Positions 59,371-64,000 of a DNA stretch of 64,000 nt are shown piece after piece. The position numbers were made by a program, and so were the translations under genes. This stretch comes from an uncultured Solirubrobacterales bacterium (lineage in GTDB: Bacteria; Actinomycetota; Thermoleophilia; Solirubrobacterales; JBBDJG01), in assembly GCA_963731895.1 (NCBI GenBank), contig CAVSXO010000007.1, positions 324 to 64,323 on the forward strand, in the 5' to 3' direction. Positions within the stretch are counted from its first letter, which is position 1, and every line of letters begins with the position of its first letter. The notes under the pieces were generated by a model, which was not told where the DNA came from, ran no database searches, and saw only the letters and a program-made list of their open reading frames with translations.

Positions 59371-61688
59371 CGGCCCGTTCCCGCACGGGCGACCAGGCCC
59401 AGCTGCGCTGACACGCGCCGCGCCTCCTCGGCACCCTCGAAGTTCGCATTCAGCGCGAGCGCGCGATCGAGGGTCCGCCCTGCCCTCGCACGATCGCCCC
59501 GGCTCGCGTACACCATGCCGAGGTGATACAGATAGACCGGGTTGTTGGGCTCCTTCAGGACGCTCTGCTCGAGTGCCTCCTGCGCATACTGATAGAGGCC
59601 CTTCTGATAGTACACCCAGCCGAGCGTGTCATTGACTTCGGGCCGATCCGGCAGTGCCCGCTTCGCTGCTTGAGCCAGCGTCAGCGCCACGTCGAGGTCG
59701 CCACCTGACGTGCTGTAGAGCCACGCAAGATTGTTGGAAGCGACTGCGCTGCCGCGTCCATCGTGGACGATCTTCTCGTAATGAGTCCGCGCCTCGTTTA
59801 CACGGTTCTGCAGGTGCAGCAGCGTCGCCACCATCGTGCGCGAGCCGGTCGATTCAGGTCGACGCTCGACGAGCCGCTCGAACTCGGCCTGCGCCTCAGG
59901 CAGCCGCTTCTGTGACATGTACAAACGACCGAGGAGGTCGTACGCCGGCAACTGATCGGCGTCGATTTCGATGACCTGACGCAGCACGCGTTCGGCCTGT
60001 GCCTGATCGTTCGCCGCCAGATTCAGATGAGCGGCCAGCATGAGCGCCGATGGATCCCTGGGCGCGACGGCCAGGCGGGCCTCCACGCGGCGTCGCGCAC
60101 TCGCCATGTCGCGCGCAAACAGGTCCGCTCTGACGGCGCCGGTGAGCGCGTCCATCGAGTTGGGCGAAAGGGCAAGCGCACGATCGAAGGCCGCTCGAGT
60201 CGCAGCCTGATCCCCCTTCAACCGGGCCAGCTCTCCGACCGCGACCTGGACGTCTGCTGACTGCGGTAACGCCGCTGCCAGAGGCGCGATGTTGGACGTT
60301 GCGCCCCGCAGATCGCCCTTCTGCATCATCGCCTTCACGACGAGGAGGCGAGCCTCGAGACTCCTGGGATCGTCCGTGGCAGCCTGTTGGGCAAGATCCA
60401 GGGCGACGTCGGGCCGGCCGCGCGCCATTTCGATGCGCGCGAGCTGCAAGCGCGTGTCGATCCCGCGGTCCTCGATCTTCAGCGACTCAACGAGTGCCTG
60501 GGCGGCGGCCTCCATCTCATAGCGCGCAGCATGGGCTTCGCCAAGGAGACGATAACCCAGCGCAGAGCGGGGATCCAATTCGAGTGCACGTCGGCTTTCA
60601 GCTACCGCCTCCTCGTAGCGCTCGTCGCGCAACAGGAGCTGCGCCCTGACCAGACGGGCGGCGGTGCTGTCGGCTTGCTGCTTGAGCAAAGCATCCACCG
60701 TCGCGTAGGCATCCTTCCGGTCGCCTTGCGAGTGCTGAATCATCGCGATGCGGCCCTTGACTTCCATCGCCACGGTCTTGTCCGTCGCCATATCCTCGAG
60801 CACGGCCATGGCCTCGCTGCGCCGGTTCGTCGCCGTGTAGTAGTCGGCGAGCATCAGACCGGCCGCAGGTGTCGTTGCGGACTGGACCAGCGTCTTGAGG
60901 ATTGGCTCAGCCTCGGCAACGCGATTGATCGACATGTAGAGCACGGCGAGCGAGCGCGCCGCCACGAGATCCGACGGGTCGAGCTCGCGCGCTTTGACGA
61001 AACTACCTTCAGCCTCCGCATAGCGGTCCTGCGCCCAGAAGAAATTGGCGAGCGCAACCCAGGCCGGAGCCGAACCGGGATCGAGCTCGACCGCTTTTCT
61101 GAACGTCTGTTCGGCCTGCTGCAGATCGCCGCGGGTCAGTTGCAGCGTCCCGAGATTGCTGAACGCTGCAGCCGAGTTGGGTGCATTGATGAGTGCCTGC
61201 TCGAGCCGCTCGATCGCCCCATCGATGTTCTTCATGCCGGCCAGCGAGTAGCCGACGATGACGTGTGCCTCCACGCTCTTCGGGTCCCGCTCCAGGACCT
61301 TCTCCGCCCTCACGCGGGCGTCCTCGAAGCGACCGGCGACGAGCAGGTACTGACCGGCCTTGATCTGCACGTCAGGGCGATCGGGCAGGATATCGGCGGC
61401 TCGCACGTATTCGCGAAATGCATTCTGCAGATCTCCGGTGCGCTCATAGGTTCCGGCAAGCCGGAGGCGAGCCTCGCCAAACGTCCCGTCGATCCGGACC
61501 GCGCGCCGGTACTCGAGAATGGCCTCGCGATACTTGCCGGCCTCCACGTAGCCGTTGCCCGCTTCGAAGGCACGCATCTTGAGGACCTGAGGATCACGTG
61601 AGCACATGGCGGTCGCGGCGACCGCGACGACCAAGGCGATGATGCGTAGTGAACTTACGAGCATGGGAGACGACTCCTCTGACGTCAC
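59367..61688 (-). CDS. prsT: PEP-CTERM-system TPR-repeat lipoprotein
   Basis: It has a signal peptide with lipobox (VAVAATAMCS). About 750 aa of consecutive TPR units follow (e.g. YREAILEYRRAVRIDGTFGEARLRLAGTYERTGD). The start overlaps the EpsI stop and the stop overlaps the next start. Confidence 0.8.
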   Translation of the reverse strand: MTSEESSPMLVSSLRIIALVVAVAATAMCSRDPQVLKMRAFEAGNGYVEAGKYREAILEYRRAVRIDGTFGEARLRLAGTYERTGDLQNAFREYVRAADILPDRPDVQIKAGQYLLVAGRFEDARVRAEKVLERDPKSVEAHVIVGYSLAGMKNIDGAIERLEQALINAPNSAAAFSNLGTLQLTRGDLQQAEQTFRKAVELDPGSAPAWVALANFFWAQDRYAEAEGSFVKARELDPSDLVAARSLAVLYMSINRVAEAEPILKTLVQSATTPAAGLMLADYYTATNRRSEAMAVLEDMATDKTVAMEVKGRIAMIQHSQGDRKDAYATVDALLKQQADSTAARLVRAQLLLRDERYEEAVAESRRALELDPRSALGYRLLGEAHAARYEMEAAAQALVESLKIEDRGIDTRLQLARIEMARGRPDVALDLAQQAATDDPRSLEARLLVVKAMMQKGDLRGATSNIAPLAAALPQSADVQVAVGELARLKGDQAATRAAFDRALALSPNSMDALTGAVRADLFARDMASARRRVEARLAVAPRDPSALMLAAHLNLAANDQAQAERVLRQVIEIDADQLPAYDLLGRLYMSQKRLPEAQAEFERLVERRPESTGSRTMVATLLHLQNRVNEARTHYEKIVHDGRGSAVASNNLAWLYSTSGGDLDVALTLAQAAKRALPDRPEVNDTLGWVYYQKGLYQYAQEALEQSVLKEPNNPVYLYHLGMVYASRGDRARAGRTLDRALALNANFEGAEEARRVSAQLGLVARAGTGR

Positions 61689-62365
61689 GCCGGAAGGTAT
61701 CCGTCCAGCAAAGGAAAGATGGTCTGGACGAAGGCGGTCAATCGCGCGGCGGCCTCTTCAGGTGCCCCATCTGTTCCGGCGGGCGTGACGACACGGACGA
61801 GCGCACCGTCGGTGCGTCCGTAACGCGCCGCGTCGAGCATCATGTAGGCGCGACTCATGTACTCGCTGGCGACCACGCGCCCGCGCTCGTGATACCAGTA
61901 CAACGCCACCTGACGCTCCTCACCCTTCTGCATGACGACGCGGTTGACGATGACGGTGCGTGCGCCGCCCGTGTCCGGCGCTCTCGCCGGAACCTCGAGA
62001 CCGACGCGCTCGCGACTGACGAACTGCCAGCCCGCGCCCGGCAGACAGTTGAGGGGCGAATGAATGACGGCGCCCGTGGTCTGGCTGCCGTAGTAACCAA
62101 CGAACAGGTCCACTGGCAGCGCAGCGCCCTGCCGGTACATGCGTGTGAGGTACTCGTCGGCCCCGAGCACTTTGACGACTCGCTCGTCGAAGTCCGGGGA
62201 GACACGGCCGGTCCACTCATTGACTTGAATAGGAAAGGCGCGGAGTGGCGGGCGTGAAGGGATCGTTCGCTGCATCTGCGAAGTCTCGACCAGCGCCGCC
62301 GTGGCGACAAACACCGCCGCCAGCACGATGAGGCGCATCGCCGACAGCCTCGCTCCGCTCGTCAT
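61685..62365 (-). CDS. epsI: EpsI-family exosortase-associated protein
   Basis: It has an N-terminal TM helix, then FPIQVNEWTG and the hallmark HSPLNCLPGAGW. The sequence ALYWYHERGRVVASEY follows. It overlaps the exosortase stop by 4 nt. Confidence 0.85.
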   Translation of the reverse strand: MTSGARLSAMRLIVLAAVFVATAALVETSQMQRTIPSRPPLRAFPIQVNEWTGRVSPDFDERVVKVLGADEYLTRMYRQGAALPVDLFVGYYGSQTTGAVIHSPLNCLPGAGWQFVSRERVGLEVPARAPDTGGARTVIVNRVVMQKGEERQVALYWYHERGRVVASEYMSRAYMMLDAARYGRTDGALVRVVTPAGTDGAPEEAAARLTAFVQTIFPLLDGYLPA

Positions 62366-63309
62366 CGCACGGCCTCACTCACGATCGGCGCGCCCGGGTG
62401 ACTGCTCACCCACCGCATGACGCCCTGCAGCAGGAACATCATCGCCACCGCGAACATGAACACGAGCCAGCCGGCGAAGACGTGGAAGAATCCGTCCGCC
62501 GCAGCCTGTCCCGCCAAGTGCGCCAGCACGCCGGTGCCAGCGACTCGCAGCGCGTTCGCGACGACGGCAATCGGCAGCGTTGACAGCGCGAGAATCGCAC
62601 GCCGGTCGATTCGGTCCTCGGTGAAGTAGCCGTAGACAATGCCGACTGTGAGCAGCGAGACCAGCGACCTGATGCCGCTGCACGCCTCCGCCACTTCGAG
62701 CGTCGCATTGGACAAGAAGATCACGTTCCCTTCGCGCAGCACCGGAATGCTGAAGAGCAGCAGGGTCTCCTCCGCCACGGTTGAGGCCAGCAACTGAAGC
62801 GGCAGGGCGACCTCGTTGAACACGATCGCCGGCAGCGGAATCATCAGCAGCGCAAAACCGAACGTCCACGCGAGCATACGAACGTGCGCCAGGCCCAGAA
62901 CGAAGGCCACCGATCCCGCCAGCACACCGATCAGCGAGACCCGCGCGAGGAACTGTTCGGCGCCGAGCTGACCCGCGACGAACAGACACAAGGAACCCGC
63001 GACGACGACGAGGCCGGTTGAGGATGGACGCACCTCGAGCACCGCCAGCCGCCGCCGGCGTTCCCAGACGAAATAGGCGCACAACGGGACGATCAGAAAA
63101 CCGTGGGAGTAGTCAGGATTGGTGATCCATGCGTTGACGAGCCCCACAGCGACCTCGCCGTACAGAGCCACCAGACTGAGCCCGGCAATGACGAGAGCCG
63201 CGCGCCTCAACAGCAACGCGTCCCCCATCAAAAGCGGCCGGGCACGTCGCACGCGGTCGAAGCGCGGGCGGACGAGCCCGTGATTGGAGTCTGGCTGGTC
63301 CATATCCAT
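62362..63309 (-). CDS. exosortase (EpsH/XrtA-like)
   Basis: ATG at 63309 (MDMDQPDSN...) inside ORF 62362..63408. It is polytopic. Conserved blocks are NPDYSHGFLIVP, the catalytic-Cys motif LEVAEACSGIRS, the Arg motif VANALRVAG and the later His (FFHVFAGW). Confidence 0.85.
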   Translation of the reverse strand: MDMDQPDSNHGLVRPRFDRVRRARPLLMGDALLLRRAALVIAGLSLVALYGEVAVGLVNAWITNPDYSHGFLIVPLCAYFVWERRRRLAVLEVRPSSTGLVVVAGSLCLFVAGQLGAEQFLARVSLIGVLAGSVAFVLGLAHVRMLAWTFGFALLMIPLPAIVFNEVALPLQLLASTVAEETLLLFSIPVLREGNVIFLSNATLEVAEACSGIRSLVSLLTVGIVYGYFTEDRIDRRAILALSTLPIAVVANALRVAGTGVLAHLAGQAAADGFFHVFAGWLVFMFAVAMMFLLQGVMRWVSSHPGAPIVSEAVR

Positions 63310-63426
63310 CTGGTGACACTTCACCGTCGCTGAGAGTCTGCCTGCAGGGCAACAATAGGTGCGCTCCACGGCGCAGGAACGGCAGCAGTGCGTCACACGC
63401 ACACACAACTGCCGAGCCGCTCGACC

Positions 63427-64000
63427 CTAGATCGTCGTCGTCTTCTTTTTCGCGCCCCGATAACGCGCCATCCAGCCAGCCGCCGCGAAGGCGCTGCCGA
63501 GCAGGAGGAGAGAGGCAGGCTCGGGCACGGCCGACGGAGCGAAGGATTGCCCGCTTATATTGATGCCGTTGGCGACGGTCGTCAGCCCGGGCACGTACCG
63601 GGTTGCGTTAGTACGAATGACCAGAATTCGGGAGACTTCACCGGGATTGAGCTTGAGGGCGCTCTGGAATGGATTCCCGGCAAACGTGAACCCGACCACT
63701 GTGCCATCCGCGCTTCGTGCGGCCAGGGATGGGGCCCCCCCGATTGAACCATTGCGGAAGAAGTCCAGCCCTCCGTTTTCAAGGCGGAAGAACACGTCCG
63801 TCACGAACGTGGCCGACGGAATGGTGAATGACTGATTGCCCGCCAGGTTGATGTTGTGACCCGAGGTGCCCTTGTTACCAATCTGATAATAGAAGTCGAG
63901 CGTGCCACCGGCGTTCTTGACAACCGCCGTACGCAGATTGGCAATCAGTTCCGGTCCATCTAGCAGCGGCGTCAGCATCGAGTCCACGAGCGTGCCGGCC
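63427..64000 (-). CDS. PEP-CTERM sorting-domain protein (5' end outside the window)
   Basis: The C-terminus VPEPASLLLLGSAFAAAGWMARYRGAKKK shows PEP, a TM helix and a basic tail. The frame stays open to the window edge, and the MDSML at 63987 has no signal peptide. The gene therefore probably starts beyond 64000. Confidence 0.8.
   Translation of the reverse strand, partial: AGTLVDSMLTPLLDGPELIANLRTAVVKNAGGTLDFYYQIGNKGTSGHNINLAGNQSFTIPSATFVTDVFFRLENGGLDFFRNGSIGGAPSLAARSADGTVVGFTFAGNPFQSALKLNPGEVSRILVIRTNATRYVPGLTTVANGINISGQSFAPSAVPEPASLLLLGSAFAAAGWMARYRGAKKKTTTI

Noticed and set aside
1-64000. rRNA genes, tRNA genes, CRISPR arrays and long tandem or interspersed repeats.
   Set aside because: I found no T-loop/acceptor-like tRNA signatures, no rRNA-like conserved blocks and no regularly spaced short repeats on reading through. 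The only repeated content is the two paralogue pairs (sigma54 activators and lyase-like proteins). A covariance-model scan would be needed to exclude small RNAs.

Overview
This window is a composite of two unrelated genomic contexts, and all coordinates and frame-break counts below come from manual tracing, so they are approximate.

(i) 1 to ~25,000 is a very GC-rich, Actinomycetota-type chromosomal segment. It carries a GNAT, a lipoprotein, PBP4/DacB, a DinB-like protein, a HAD hydrolase, an ECF sigma with a DUF4349 partner, an ABC exporter, an alpha-galactosidase-like GH and XseAB. It also carries a cyclase, an ATP-dependent DNA ligase, two RsbW-like kinases with a SigB-type sigma, Dut, Orn, and a WhiB7-like regulator with a leader uORF and terminator. 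The segment ends with TlpA/CcdA, a UvrD2-like helicase, an F420-LLM oxidoreductase, PdxH and an intein-interrupted Rv2578c-type radical SAM gene.

(ii) ~25,000 to 64,000 is a visibly lower-GC segment typical of a diderm. It starts with a 3'-truncated glpF and two tandem sigma54 activators that have no sensory domain. A ~37-kb exosortase/PEP-CTERM exopolysaccharide locus follows. The locus holds an export protein, an OM-barrel candidate, a chain-length determinant with a BY-kinase, a priming transferase and 6 glycosyltransferases. It also holds 2 hexapeptide acyltransferases, 2 methyltransferases, a pyruvyl transferase, Wzx, a Wzy-like protein, WecB, PrsT, EpsI, the exosortase and a PEP-CTERM substrate.

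The two parts meet at ~24,995-25,012, where a gene is truncated on each side. I read this as a chimeric or artificial join rather than one replicon.

Many genes are interrupted by single-nt indels, in three regimes:
- none in 1-5.5 kb;
- about one per 100-200 nt in 5.6-25.0 kb;
- sparse in 25-64 kb, with a cluster in one gene.
This looks technical rather than biological.

The most interesting candidate system is a four-gene cassette embedded in the EPS operon at 39.3-42.9 kb. It comprises a carrier protein, an aaRS-like amino acid:ACP ligase, a FemAB/GNAT-like transferase and a deacetylase-like protein. It suggests tRNA-independent aminoacyl decoration of the polysaccharide.

I recognised no rRNA, tRNA, CRISPR array, transposase or integrase.
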